From: Flavobacteriales bacterium
GTDB taxonomy: Bacteria; Bacteroidota; Bacteroidia; Flavobacteriales_F; PHOS-HE28
Assembly: GCA_020635655.1 (NCBI GenBank)
Contig: JACJZI010000010.1
Coordinates: forward strand, 12,800-76,799
Direction: 5' to 3'
Length of the DNA: 64,000 nucleotides
The position numbers were made by a program, and so were the translations under genes. Shown piece after piece: positions 8,669 through 18,034 of the stretch. The notes beneath the pieces were generated by a model. It worked only from the letters and a program-made list of their open reading frames with translations, ran no database searches and was not told the DNA's origin. The stretch's first letter is position 1. Each line of letters starts with the position of its first letter.

Positions 8669-9538
8669 TCAATGGCAGCGCAGACGCGTGCCGACGCGAA
8701 GGGTCGATCGCGATGACATGTGGTTCAATTGGCACAACCGGCCCACCGTTGTGCTGTAGCGCCGGGCAATGGCGGATAGGGTGTCGCCCTGACGGACCAC
8801 ATGATAGCCCGCCTGGTTGTTCAAGTCCAATGCTTTGCGCAGGTCGAGATCGTCGGACAGGAGTTCACCGCTCCGCAGGTCGAATACCTTGGACGGGTCG
8901 ATCGGTTGTCCGAGATAACGCACTTCAAAATGCAGATGGCTGCCCGTTGAGCGGCCCGTGCTTCCGCCAAGACCGATGGTATCACCTGCTTGCACCAGGT
9001 CCCCGATCCGGACCTTCCGCTCGGACAAGTGCCCATAGAGCGTCTCGAGCCCGTTCGCGTGTCGGATCACAATGACATTCCCGAATGACCGGTTGTAACG
9101 GGATACGCGCACCATTCCCTCGAATGCGGCGACAACGGGATCACCGGTCTCCAGGTCCAGGTCCACACCGTAGTGCATGCGCCCGTGCCGCGGCCCGAAA
9201 GGGGAGTTGATGCCGCCACATATCGGCATATTGTGGTCACATGCTGAACTGCTGATCGGTATCCGACGAGGGGCGCCGAGCAATTCCGCGCGGTCGTGGT
9301 GGGCGAAGATCGAGGCCGTATTCCAGCCGCAGTAGATGTCATATCCCGGGATCAGGGCCAGGGAATCGTTGATGTCCCATTCCGTGCGTTCCCGAACGTC
9401 CAGCGGGGCAGGGACCGCTTCCTCATATGCGCTCTCCTCGTCCGTGCCCCCGATGGCCAGGGTATCCTTCAATTGCTGCGCCTGCACTGGAACGCAGAAC
9501 AACAGGAACAGGGGTAGCGCTGTACGGGCGGTCCTCAT
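8669..9538 (-). CDS. M23 family metallopeptidase with C-terminal LysM domain (peptidoglycan hydrolase).
   Basis: HYGVDLDL...GNVIVIRHANGLETLYGHL...GSTGRSTGSHLHFEV are the M23 motifs (HxxxD, HxH). C-terminal YHVVRQGDTLSAIARRYSTTVGRLCQLN is LysM-like. Signal peptide begins MRTARTALPLFLLFCVPVQAQ. Confidence 0.8.
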   Translation of the reverse strand: MRTARTALPLFLLFCVPVQAQQLKDTLAIGGTDEESAYEEAVPAPLDVRERTEWDINDSLALIPGYDIYCGWNTASIFAHHDRAELLGAPRRIPISSSACDHNMPICGGINSPFGPRHGRMHYGVDLDLETGDPVVAAFEGMVRVSRYNRSFGNVIVIRHANGLETLYGHLSERKVRIGDLVQAGDTIGLGGSTGRSTGSHLHFEVRYLGQPIDPSKVFDLRSGELLSDDLDLRKALDLNNQAGYHVVRQGDTLSAIARRYSTTVGRLCQLNHMSSRSTLRVGTRLRCH

Positions 9539-9749
9539 GGCCGGCAAATCTACCCGGGTGGGGGGAACGCCCATCCCCCTGATCGTTAAATACTTTCAAC
9601 GATCCGGACGGAACATCGCTGCGGACCTTGTGTTCGATCAAGGTCTCCAAGTCCGGGGGAGCGACGACGATCGCTCAAGTGAAATGCGCCATCCGCGGTC
9701 CAATGACGGGACATCGTCCCCACTGGACCTGCGCTCCTGGTTACCGCAC

Positions 9750-12710
9750 CTAAGGCAGCTGTTCGGTCCGGGTGGCGGTGGGCACGGTACCTCCGACGTT
9801 CACAAGGATGGGGTCCCTGTCATTCGACGCGCCGGCATACTTGACAACACCGTCCAAGGTCACATCCTCCGAATAATAGCCGTTCGCCGTCGCAGTGGGT
9901 ACGGTACCTCCGATCCGCACCAGGATGGGGTCACGATCGTTGGACGATCCGGCATACTTCAATACGGCATCCGCGACCACGTTCCCTGCCCATAAAAGCC
10001 GGACGGAACCGCTGATCTTTTGGGCATTCGTTCCGTACGTGGGTGTCGAGCCGTTCGTCAGGTCCACGGTGGCCACGGTTCCGCTCAGTGCGATCGTGTT
10101 CTGGGTCATGCAACCCAGGTGGTTCCGATGCCGGACAGCAACGTAATACTGCCCTGGGGCCACGGGGATCGATACGGGTGAAACACCGTCAAGGTCAACG
10201 ATATCCCCATCGCGTTGCAACAGGGCGCAGCGTGTGCGTACGATATCGCTGTTGTCACGAAGTTCCAGCAGGATCCAATCAACGATGGCATCGTTGCCTG
10301 ACACGGATAGTACGGCGGGTTGAATGGTCTCTCCACCACCGCCCACCTGCGTGTACCCCAGGCCGGTATAGGGCTCTGTCAATGGGAATGTGCCCAGTGA
10401 CCGGAGTGCATCGTTCATGAGGCCGGAGCCGGAACTGTATGGTCCCTCCAGGAACACACGCACATGCACCAGAACATTGTTGTTGGAAGAGGTGGTCTCA
10501 AGGACGAGTCCATCGTTGGGGTAGATCCCGCTGGTGGCGTCCAGGTCCTTCATGACCGTGTACGTCAAATTGTTCGGATCGAATCGGAACACGACCCCGA
10601 GATCATTGTTCCCTCCCTCTGTGCAAGTGCCCCATAGCGTTCCGTTCGAGGAAAGGACCAGATCCGAGCCGGACAGGGCACCTTCGTCGCTTGTCATATC
10701 GTATTCCTCGGTATACAACGAATTGGTGATGTCCCAGCTATAGATGCAACCGCCGAAGAACAGACCACCATCGGCACACATGCCGTAGAGTTTTCCGGCA
10801 GTGGTCTCCACCAACTTGCCCGCGGGTGTGCCGCCCTGGAGACCATCGAAGTTGTAGCGCACCAGGAACGTATTCGTTGATGGGGAATAGGAGAACAAGG
10901 TGCCGTTGCTGTATTGCCCGTCTTCACTGCATGCACCATACAGCAGGCCGTCGCTGGCCAAAAAGAGCTCGGCAATGGGGAGCGTGCCCGTCGTAGAGCT
11001 GAGATCGATCCGTTTGGTGACCGTTCCGGAGGCCGGGTCGAATGAGATCAAGGTGCCAAGCCCGTTCGTTCCGCCTGCTGTCGTGAGTCCATACAATAGG
11101 CCATTCCCACCTGCCATGAACCCTGCCTGAGGAGATCCGCCGGTGGTGGTGCTCAGATCCGCTCGTTTCGTGATCGTTCCGGCATTCGGATCGAACTCAT
11201 AGACCGTTCCCAGTCCGGACGATCCACCATCACTGCACATGCCATAATATTTGCCATTGGCCACCACCGGCGTTCCGACCGGGTAAAGACCAGTGGAAGT
11301 GGTGAAATTCCCGATCAGATCGAACGTGCTCGTGGACGGGTCCATGGAGAACACGACGCCGGCCGTGCCTGAACCTCCGCCATTGGTGACCCCATAGAAC
11401 AGGCCGTTCATGTCCTGCACCAATCGCGAACGTGGGTTCGCCCCTTTGCTGTAAGCGAACGGAACGATCTCCGAGACGGTCCCTCCGGGCATGTCGAGTT
11501 GGAAAAGTGCGCCGGCGCTTCCCGATCCACCATTGTCCACGAGCCCGAAGAACCTGCCGGCAGGATCTTCGATCAGCCCACCCTGGGCACCACTGAAGCC
11601 GGAATCGAACATGTTGTGAACGACCGTCACCTGGTTGTTCGATATATTGAAAGTGAAGATCGTCCCTGAACTGGCTGTTCCGCCTTGGCGGCACATTCCA
11701 TAGAGCAGACCATCGCTTCCCACGATCAGTCGTCCGTACGGCAGATACCCAGTGCTCGTGCTGAGGTCGACCAGTTTGGTGTAGATGCCGGTGGAGATGT
11801 TGAAGCTGAAGATCACACCCTGATCGTTCACCCCCCCCTGTGAACACGTGCCGTAAAGCAATCCGTTCGAAGCTTGCACCAGTTCTCCCTGAGGGACCCT
11901 GCCTTCATCAGCGGAATCATCCAGATCATGGATATCCGTGTAAGTATTATTCGTGGGGTTGTAGCTGAAAATGACCCCTTGGTTGTGGGCTCCACCCGTT
12001 GTGCAGGTCCCATACAAGAGATTGTTGCTCGCCCGATAGAGCCCTCCGAAAGGTCGGGTCCCTGTCAATAAGGCCAGATCGATCTTCTTTGTATAGCCGT
12101 TCGTTGATGGGTTGAATTCATAGATGACGCCCAGGTTCGATGTGCCGCCGAGAACGGTCGTGCCATAAAGCCTGCCATTGCTTGCGACCACAGGTGCGCC
12201 CTTTGGTAAACGCCCATTGGTCTGCGTCATATCGACCCGCTTGGTGAATGCGTTCGTGTTGGGATTGAAGTCCCACAGCGTGCCATAGGAGTTGGCCCCG
12301 TTGGTGCTGCAAGTGCCATACAATCGCCCGTTGCTGGCCTGGACCATCCCTCTAATGGGTTGACCTCCGCTGGTCGAGCTCATACTGTATAACGTGGCGT
12401 AGGCACCGGTGCCTGGGTCATAGCTGAAGAGGGTGCCGATCCCGTTCGCTCCACCGAACTCCGTGACACCATAGTATTTTCCATTGGTCGCTTTGATCAG
12501 GTCACCCTTGGCGCCTCCGCCATCGTAACGGAAGAAGTCATGTTCCTTCGTGAACGAACCGGACTCCGTGATCGTGTAGATCGTACCGATGTCACTGCTC
12601 CCACCCGCACTTGTCATGCCCCAATATGTTTGTGCAGAAAGGGGTATGGTCAATAACGGGCACAGCGCGACTAGCGCCAATGATCGGTGTATGCGAACGG
12701 TCATGGTCAT
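9750..12710 (-). CDS. Large secreted beta-propeller tandem-repeat protein (GloVer / choice-of-anchor type repeats) with an unclassified C-terminal domain.
   Basis: About 18 tandem modules of about 48 aa fitting the pattern NG.LYGTT..GG....G.IF...P.T..YT. Signal peptide MTMTVRIHRSLALVALCPLLTIPLSAQ. The start may instead be 12758. No T9SS CTD was recognised at the C-terminus. Confidence 0.65.
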   Translation of the reverse strand: MTMTVRIHRSLALVALCPLLTIPLSAQTYWGMTSAGGSSDIGTIYTITESGSFTKEHDFFRYDGGGAKGDLIKATNGKYYGVTEFGGANGIGTLFSYDPGTGAYATLYSMSSTSGGQPIRGMVQASNGRLYGTCSTNGANSYGTLWDFNPNTNAFTKRVDMTQTNGRLPKGAPVVASNGRLYGTTVLGGTSNLGVIYEFNPSTNGYTKKIDLALLTGTRPFGGLYRASNNLLYGTCTTGGAHNQGVIFSYNPTNNTYTDIHDLDDSADEGRVPQGELVQASNGLLYGTCSQGGVNDQGVIFSFNISTGIYTKLVDLSTSTGYLPYGRLIVGSDGLLYGMCRQGGTASSGTIFTFNISNNQVTVVHNMFDSGFSGAQGGLIEDPAGRFFGLVDNGGSGSAGALFQLDMPGGTVSEIVPFAYSKGANPRSRLVQDMNGLFYGVTNGGGSGTAGVVFSMDPSTSTFDLIGNFTTSTGLYPVGTPVVANGKYYGMCSDGGSSGLGTVYEFDPNAGTITKRADLSTTTGGSPQAGFMAGGNGLLYGLTTAGGTNGLGTLISFDPASGTVTKRIDLSSTTGTLPIAELFLASDGLLYGACSEDGQYSNGTLFSYSPSTNTFLVRYNFDGLQGGTPAGKLVETTAGKLYGMCADGGLFFGGCIYSWDITNSLYTEEYDMTSDEGALSGSDLVLSSNGTLWGTCTEGGNNDLGVVFRFDPNNLTYTVMKDLDATSGIYPNDGLVLETTSSNNNVLVHVRVFLEGPYSSGSGLMNDALRSLGTFPLTEPYTGLGYTQVGGGGETIQPAVLSVSGNDAIVDWILLELRDNSDIVRTRCALLQRDGDIVDLDGVSPVSIPVAPGQYYVAVRHRNHLGCMTQNTIALSGTVATVDLTNGSTPTYGTNAQKISGSVRLLWAGNVVADAVLKYAGSSNDRDPILVRIGGTVPTATANGYYSEDVTLDGVVKYAGASNDRDPILVNVGGTVPTATRTEQLP

Positions 12711-12766
12711 GGATCTGTAAGGGGAGCTGAAATTAGTCGATCGGCGGTCCGGTTCCAAAGCATGCC

Positions 12767-14563
12767 GTGTTCGTCGTTCCGGGGTACATTTGGGATGCGG
12801 CCATGAAGAAGCGACTTGTCGATCCGGTGGAGTTGGCCAAGGCGAGCCACATGCGTCCCGGCGACCCCCGATTGGCCATTTTCAGGGAGGTGAGCGGCCT
12901 GAACAAGTTGCAACAGATGTACGAGCTCATCGGGGACCTGTCCGATGATGCCTTCATCCAGGCCCTGTTCCGCGAGCTGGACCTTCACATCGAGGTGACC
13001 CCGGAGGACGTTGCGCGAGTTCCGAGCGAGGGGGGCGTGGCCCTGGTGGCCAACCATCCCTATGGGGCGATCGATGGACTGGCGATGCTGCATGTGCTCA
13101 ACACCGTTCGGCCCGATCTGAAGGTGATGGCCAATTTCATGTTGCAACAGCTCGAGCCGCTCAAGGAGCGGTTCATCGGGGTCAATCCTTTCGAGCGGGT
13201 CAAGGACCGGACGAGCTTCCAAGGCATGCGGGGCGCGTTGGCCCACATGGCGGGTGGCGGTGCGTTGGGTGTCTTCCCGGCCGGGGAGGTCAGCAGCTAT
13301 CGCACCGAGGTGAAGGGCGTGGCCGATCCCCGCTGGAAGACACCCGTGATCAAGCTGATCCGCAATGCCAACGTGCCCGTGGTGCCGGTGTGGTTCGATG
13401 GCTCCAACAGCCTCATCTTCCACATGCTGGGCATGATCCATCCCAACCTGCGCACGCTGGCCCTGCCCAAGGAAATGCTTCGGATGCGCGGGCGTGCGGT
13501 AAGGCTCCGGATCGGGAAACCGATCGCGGCCAGGGATGTCCAGGCCTTTACCGATACCGAGCGGCTTGGCCGATTCCTGCGGGCCAAGACCTATGCATTG
13601 GGTTCGGGTGTGCAGGTGCGGCACGAGCAATTCCGTCCCCTGTTCTTTCCCAGTCAACCCAAGGAGATCGCCGCACCCATCGACCCGACCGTGCAACGTG
13701 CGGAAGTGGAGGCGCTGGCCGATGCCCGCATCAGTTCACAAGGCGAGTTCGACCTGTACCTCACGCCGAGCGAACGTATCCCCAACGTGTTGCGCGAGAT
13801 CGGGCGGCTGCGGGAGATCACTTTCCGCTCCGTGGGCGAGGGAACCAACAAGGCCATCGACCTGGACGAGTACGATCTGTACTACGACCACCTGGTGCTC
13901 TGGGACAGGGAGCAGGGGCGGATCGCCGGGGCCTACCGCGTGGGCGATGGCAGGCGCATCATGCGCCGCTATGGCAAGCGTGGCTTCTACACGCACACCC
14001 TGTTCCGGATGGAGCGTGGCATGGAGAAGGTCCTCGGCCAGAGCTTTGAGCTCGGACGCAGTTTCGTTGCCCAGGAGTACCAGAAGCACCGGCTTCCGCT
14101 CTTCCTGCTTTGGCGTGGATTGCTCATCCACATCATGAACAATCCGGACCACCGGTACCTCATCGGACCGGTGAGCATCAGCGGGAGCTATACCCGGTTG
14201 TCGCGGGCATTGATCATCGATTTCGTGCGTCAGCACTATTACGATGAGGAAATGGCCCAACTGATCCGCCCGCGCAACAAGTTCCGGGTGAAGAACGAGA
14301 AGGCCGACAGTGCAGCACTATTGGAGGCGGCCGCGGACCTGAAGAAACTGGACCGGATCATCGCCGATGTCGAGCCCAAGGGGGCCACTGTCCCGATCCT
14401 GCTCAAGAAGTACCTGCTGTTGAACGCCCGGATCGTCGGCTTCAACCGGGATCCCCGTTTCAACGACGCGCTTGACGGCCTGATGGTCCTGGACCTGACC
14501 AAGGTGCCTGAACGTGTGATCGAGGACCTGAAGAAGGGCATGGCCGACCAGGCCGCCGTCTAG
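12767..14563 (+). CDS. Bifunctional lipid acyltransferase, OlsF-like: N-terminal PlsC-type lysophospholipid acyltransferase domain plus C-terminal OlsB/GNAT-like N-acyltransferase domain.
   Basis: N-terminal VALVANHPYGAIDGLAML (H...D acyltransferase motif), with a PlsC-like region up to about aa 290. The C-terminal half is the ITFRSVGEGTNKAIDLDEYDLYYDHLVLWD block, read as OlsB-like. The overall domain order matches the flavobacterial ornithine/lysine-lipid synthase OlsF. Alternative start at 12803. Confidence 0.5.
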   Translation: MFVVPGYIWDAAMKKRLVDPVELAKASHMRPGDPRLAIFREVSGLNKLQQMYELIGDLSDDAFIQALFRELDLHIEVTPEDVARVPSEGGVALVANHPYGAIDGLAMLHVLNTVRPDLKVMANFMLQQLEPLKERFIGVNPFERVKDRTSFQGMRGALAHMAGGGALGVFPAGEVSSYRTEVKGVADPRWKTPVIKLIRNANVPVVPVWFDGSNSLIFHMLGMIHPNLRTLALPKEMLRMRGRAVRLRIGKPIAARDVQAFTDTERLGRFLRAKTYALGSGVQVRHEQFRPLFFPSQPKEIAAPIDPTVQRAEVEALADARISSQGEFDLYLTPSERIPNVLREIGRLREITFRSVGEGTNKAIDLDEYDLYYDHLVLWDREQGRIAGAYRVGDGRRIMRRYGKRGFYTHTLFRMERGMEKVLGQSFELGRSFVAQEYQKHRLPLFLLWRGLLIHIMNNPDHRYLIGPVSISGSYTRLSRALIIDFVRQHYYDEEMAQLIRPRNKFRVKNEKADSAALLEAAADLKKLDRIIADVEPKGATVPILLKKYLLLNARIVGFNRDPRFNDALDGLMVLDLTKVPERVIEDLKKGMADQAAV

Positions 14564-15351
14564 GCGAACACCGCAGCGGAAGCCTGAGGGACCGACCGTT
14601 CCACCGGTACGTGGTCCGTGCCGTGCACGTAAATGCGCCAACTTCCATCCCGGTATTCCAAGGCGCTCATGTGCTCCACCCAGTCGCCGGAGTTCATGTA
14701 GTGCACGCTGCCCTTCTCGGTGGATATCCGCCGTGAGCCGGGTTGATGGATGTGGCCGCAGACCACATGGTCGTGGCCATCGTGGATCGCGATCTCCGCA
14801 GCGGTGGCTTCGAAGTCGTTGATGTACTTGACCGCCCGTTTCACGCTGTTCTTGATCTTCTTGCTGAAGCTCATCCGGGGGTGGCCGGTCATCTCCAATA
14901 CCCGGTTCACCACGTTGTTGGTGCGGATCAGGAGGTCGTACCCCCATCCGCCCAGTTTGGCCAGCCATTTCGCCGTGGTGACGGACGTGTCGAAGATGTC
15001 GCCGTGGAAGAACCAGTAGCGTTCACCGTCCAGGGTCAGTTCCAGCTTGTCCACCAGGTGGAGGTTCCCGAGGCGGGACGGGCTGTAGCGGCGCAGGGCT
15101 TCATCGTGGTTGCCGGTGATGTAGTACACCGGCACCTTGGCCGCCAGCTTCAACAGCCGCTTGAGCACCTGCATGTGGGTCTTGGGGAAGTAGCGCTTCT
15201 TGAACTGCCAGATGTCGATGATGTCCCCGTTCAGGATCACCATCCGGGGCCTGACCGACCGCAGATACTCCAGCAGTTCCTTCGCCCGGCAGCCGTAAGT
15301 GCCCAGATGCAGATCGCTCAGGACCAGCAGATCGAGCTCGCGCTTCTTCAT
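14560..15351 (-). CDS. lpxH: UDP-2,3-diacylglucosamine diphosphatase LpxH-like (calcineurin-type metallophosphoesterase).
   Basis: LVLSDLHLG, LNGDIIDIW and GNHDE are the three LpxH / metallophosphoesterase signature blocks. Its stop overlaps the convergent OlsF-like gene stop by 4 nt. Confidence 0.6.
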   Translation of the reverse strand: MKKRELDLLVLSDLHLGTYGCRAKELLEYLRSVRPRMVILNGDIIDIWQFKKRYFPKTHMQVLKRLLKLAAKVPVYYITGNHDEALRRYSPSRLGNLHLVDKLELTLDGERYWFFHGDIFDTSVTTAKWLAKLGGWGYDLLIRTNNVVNRVLEMTGHPRMSFSKKIKNSVKRAVKYINDFEATAAEIAIHDGHDHVVCGHIHQPGSRRISTEKGSVHYMNSGDWVEHMSALEYRDGSWRIYVHGTDHVPVERSVPQASAAVFA

Positions 15352-15457
15352 CCTGGTGGCAAAATTCGACCCGTGCATATGCCCCGAACGTTGGATCCAT
15401 GTTAAGTCGATGGATTTTTCCCGTCGCATGTGTTGATGGAGTGCGGAATTTTGTGGT

Positions 15458-15826
15458 GTGATGGAGACCCGAACGACCCTGGTGCTTGGTGCCAGCTTGC
15501 GCGTGGACCGCTATTCCAACCTGGCGGTGCGCCGGTTGAAGGAGCATGGCAAGGTTGTCATTGCGGTCGGCCTGCGGGAAGGGACGATCGACGGTGTGCC
15601 GGTCGTCCGGGAGATCCCGACGGGAACCCCGATCGATACGGTGACGCTCTACTTGAACGCGGCGAACCAGATGCCGTTGGAGGAGCACATCCTGGCATTG
15701 CATCCCCGCCGGATCATCTTCAACCCGGGTGCTGAGAACGACCATCTCGCGATGCGCGCCCAGGCTTCGGGCATCGCGGTGGTGGAGGGATGCACCCTGG
15801 TGATGCTGTCCGTGGGTACCTATTGA
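15458..15826 (+). CDS. CoA-binding domain protein (YccU-like).
   Basis: 122 aa with an N-terminal Rossmann-like segment LVLGASLRVDRYSN....GKVVIAVG. CoA_binding_2-like. Confidence 0.5.
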   Translation: MMETRTTLVLGASLRVDRYSNLAVRRLKEHGKVVIAVGLREGTIDGVPVVREIPTGTPIDTVTLYLNAANQMPLEEHILALHPRRIIFNPGAENDHLAMRAQASGIAVVEGCTLVMLSVGTY

Positions 15827-17004
15827 TCGGCACAACCGGAGCGGAGCACGGCGCAGGCCTGGTCCACTTGGTCCGGCGTGATCGACAACGGCGGTGCGAT
15901 GCGGAACGCGGTGGGGCAGCTGAGGAACCAGAAGCCGAGCACGCCCTGGTCCAACGAACCGTGCACCGCCCGTTGCACACGGTCGCCATCGCCAAGCTCC
16001 GCGGCGAGCATGAGCCCGGTGCCGCGCACCTCTTCGACGGCCGCATGTTGGAGGCCTTGCTTGAAGTGCTCGCCCATCCGCGCGGCGTTCGCGATCAGGT
16101 CCTCTTCCAGCAGCACTTCCAAAGCGGCCAGACCGGCGACGCAGGGCAGGGGATGTCCCCCGAACGTGGTGATATGCCCGAGGACAGGGTCGTGCGTGAG
16201 CAGATCCATCCGTTCGCGGGAACTGATGAAGGCGCCCATCGGCAGACCGCCGCCCAGTGCCTTGCCCAACACCAGGATGTCCGGCACCACACCGAAATGT
16301 TCGAAGGCGAAGAGCTTCCCGGTCCGCCCGAACCCGGTCTGCACCTCATCGAAGATCAGCAGCGCGCCGACGGACGTGCAGCGCTCGCGCAAGGCCTGCA
16401 TCCATGCCTGGTCCGGTATGCGCACTCCCGCATCCCCCTGGACCGGTTCCACGACGACGCAAGCAGTATCGTTGGTGATCCGGTCCAGTTCCCCGATATC
16501 GTTGAAGGTCAGGTGGTCCACGTCGGGGAGCAGGGGGAGGTTGCGGTAGCGCTTCGCCGCATTATCCGTAAGGCTCAGGGAACCATGCGTACTTCCGTGG
16601 TAGCTCTTGCGGAAGCCTATCAGGCGTGTGCGACCGGTGGCGCGCTTGGCCAGTTTCACCGCGGCCTCGATCGCCTCCGTGCCGCTGTTCACGAAGTAGG
16701 CGCTGTCCAGCCCATCGGGCAGCAGTCCGGTCAACCGTTCGGCATAGCGCACCTGCGGTTCCTGGATGAATTCACCGTAGGGGATCACATGCAGGTACCG
16801 ATCGAGCTGCTCGCGAATGGCCTGCACGACGCGCGGATGGCGGTGGCCCACGTTGTTCACGGCAAGGCCGGCGACAAGGTCGAGATAGCGCTTGCCGCTG
16901 CGGTCCGTCAACCAACAGCCCTCGGCATGGACGATGTCCAGGGCCAGGGGCTGGGGACTGGTCTGCGCGAGATGATCGAGGAAGGCCCGGTGCAGTGCGT
17001 CCAT
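15820..17004 (-). CDS. Class-III PLP-dependent aminotransferase (acetylornithine / aspartate aminotransferase family).
   Basis: LIFDEVQTGFGRTGKLFAFEHFGVVPDILVLGKALGGGLPMGAF is the class-III aminotransferase signature, with the PLP lysine in LGKALGGG. 394 aa. Confidence 0.8.
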   Translation of the reverse strand: MDALHRAFLDHLAQTSPQPLALDIVHAEGCWLTDRSGKRYLDLVAGLAVNNVGHRHPRVVQAIREQLDRYLHVIPYGEFIQEPQVRYAERLTGLLPDGLDSAYFVNSGTEAIEAAVKLAKRATGRTRLIGFRKSYHGSTHGSLSLTDNAAKRYRNLPLLPDVDHLTFNDIGELDRITNDTACVVVEPVQGDAGVRIPDQAWMQALRERCTSVGALLIFDEVQTGFGRTGKLFAFEHFGVVPDILVLGKALGGGLPMGAFISSRERMDLLTHDPVLGHITTFGGHPLPCVAGLAALEVLLEEDLIANAARMGEHFKQGLQHAAVEEVRGTGLMLAAELGDGDRVQRAVHGSLDQGVLGFWFLSCPTAFRIAPPLSITPDQVDQACAVLRSGCADQ

Positions 17005-17030
17005 GTGGACGCGAAGTTCGGGCGTTGCCG

Positions 17031-17555
17031 TCAGCCGCCGTTGGGCGCATGACGACGCATGCCTCCGGGCGGGGGACCATCGCGACCGGTCCCCTGGTCG
17101 CGCAGACGTTTCAGCAGTTCGCGGTTGAAATCCCTTTCGGCCTTGAAGAGTTGCAGGGTCTTCTGTGCGCCGACCGTCCTCTTGAACTCAGCGGTGTACT
17201 TCTTCCGGATGTCCAGGTCGCGCTGGCGGAAGCCCAGTTCGCGGTCGATCATCTGTGACGCATCGCTCTCGGAGAGGTCCTCGATGCGACCCTTCATCGA
17301 GCGGTGGTATTCCCGCATCTCCTTGCGGGCGTCCTCCAGTTCCTTGTCGTACTGGTTGTACACCGGCCAGAACTTCTGGGCCTCCTCGGGGCTGAGGTCC
17401 ATCTTGCGTGTGAGGTAGGCGCTTTTCTGAGCCTTGATCTCCTCGAGGCGGTCCTCGGGGATCGGCGGTCCATCGTCCTCCTGGGCCTGCAGCGGCACGG
17501 ATCCCAGCAGGGTGAGCGAGAAAAGACAGGTTTGGATGGCGCGTGCGTGCTTCAT
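17031..17555 (-). CDS. Secreted or periplasmic helical protein (Spy/LTXXQ-like), third gene of the ECF sigma operon.
   Basis: Signal peptide MKHARAIQTCLFSLTLLGSVPLQAQ. Charged helical repeats: LSPEEAQKFWPVYNQYDKELEDARKEM....LSESDASQMIDRELGFRQRDLDIRKKY. Confidence 0.55.
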   Translation of the reverse strand: MKHARAIQTCLFSLTLLGSVPLQAQEDDGPPIPEDRLEEIKAQKSAYLTRKMDLSPEEAQKFWPVYNQYDKELEDARKEMREYHRSMKGRIEDLSESDASQMIDRELGFRQRDLDIRKKYTAEFKRTVGAQKTLQLFKAERDFNRELLKRLRDQGTGRDGPPPGGMRRHAPNGG

Positions 17556-18013
17556 AGTGTGGTCAACAGTTCAGTGATGTCCGTCCCCTCGTCCTCGAAA
17601 TAGGCGACGATCTCCTCGTCGGTCAGGTCCGGCGCGGAGCCGAGAGCGGCTTGCGGATCCTCCTCGGCCAGGGCGGCGAAGGTGCCATCATCGTCCAGGA
17701 GCAGAAGGTCGTCCACGGTCGGTGCCGTTGTCGTATCCACGGCCGCCACCATGTTCTCGCTCGGTGCGTGATCCAATGCGAAGTACCGGATGAGCACGGC
17801 AAGGACCGCGACCAGGGGGAGGGCGATCACTGCCCGGCGCAATTGGAGCGGCCATCGGCCCGCGGGACGCGCGGTGACCTGCTGCTGGACCTGGTGCGGG
17901 AAGCGATCGAAGAACCCCTGCGGCACCTCGAAGGGATCGGTGCGGGGGATGCCGTGCAGCAGGGGTGCCTCCTGCTTCAGGCGTTCGCCATCGTATGCTT
18001 CCATGTGGGTCAC
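17552..18013 (-). CDS. Putative anti-sigma factor (single-pass membrane protein).
   Basis: Immediately downstream of the ECF sigma gene with a 4-nt overlap onto the next gene. Central TM helix AVIALPLVAVLAVLIRYFAL and an acidic C-terminal tail. Confidence 0.5.
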   Translation of the reverse strand: MTHMEAYDGERLKQEAPLLHGIPRTDPFEVPQGFFDRFPHQVQQQVTARPAGRWPLQLRRAVIALPLVAVLAVLIRYFALDHAPSENMVAAVDTTTAPTVDDLLLLDDDGTFAALAEEDPQAALGSAPDLTDEEIVAYFEDEGTDITELLTTL

Positions 18014-18034
18014 GGGAATAGGACGGGGGTCCCG

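Noticed and set aside
12707-13696. 329-aa minus-strand ORF.
   Set aside because: Antisense to the OlsF-like acyltransferase gene. No motifs. Overlapping artefact.
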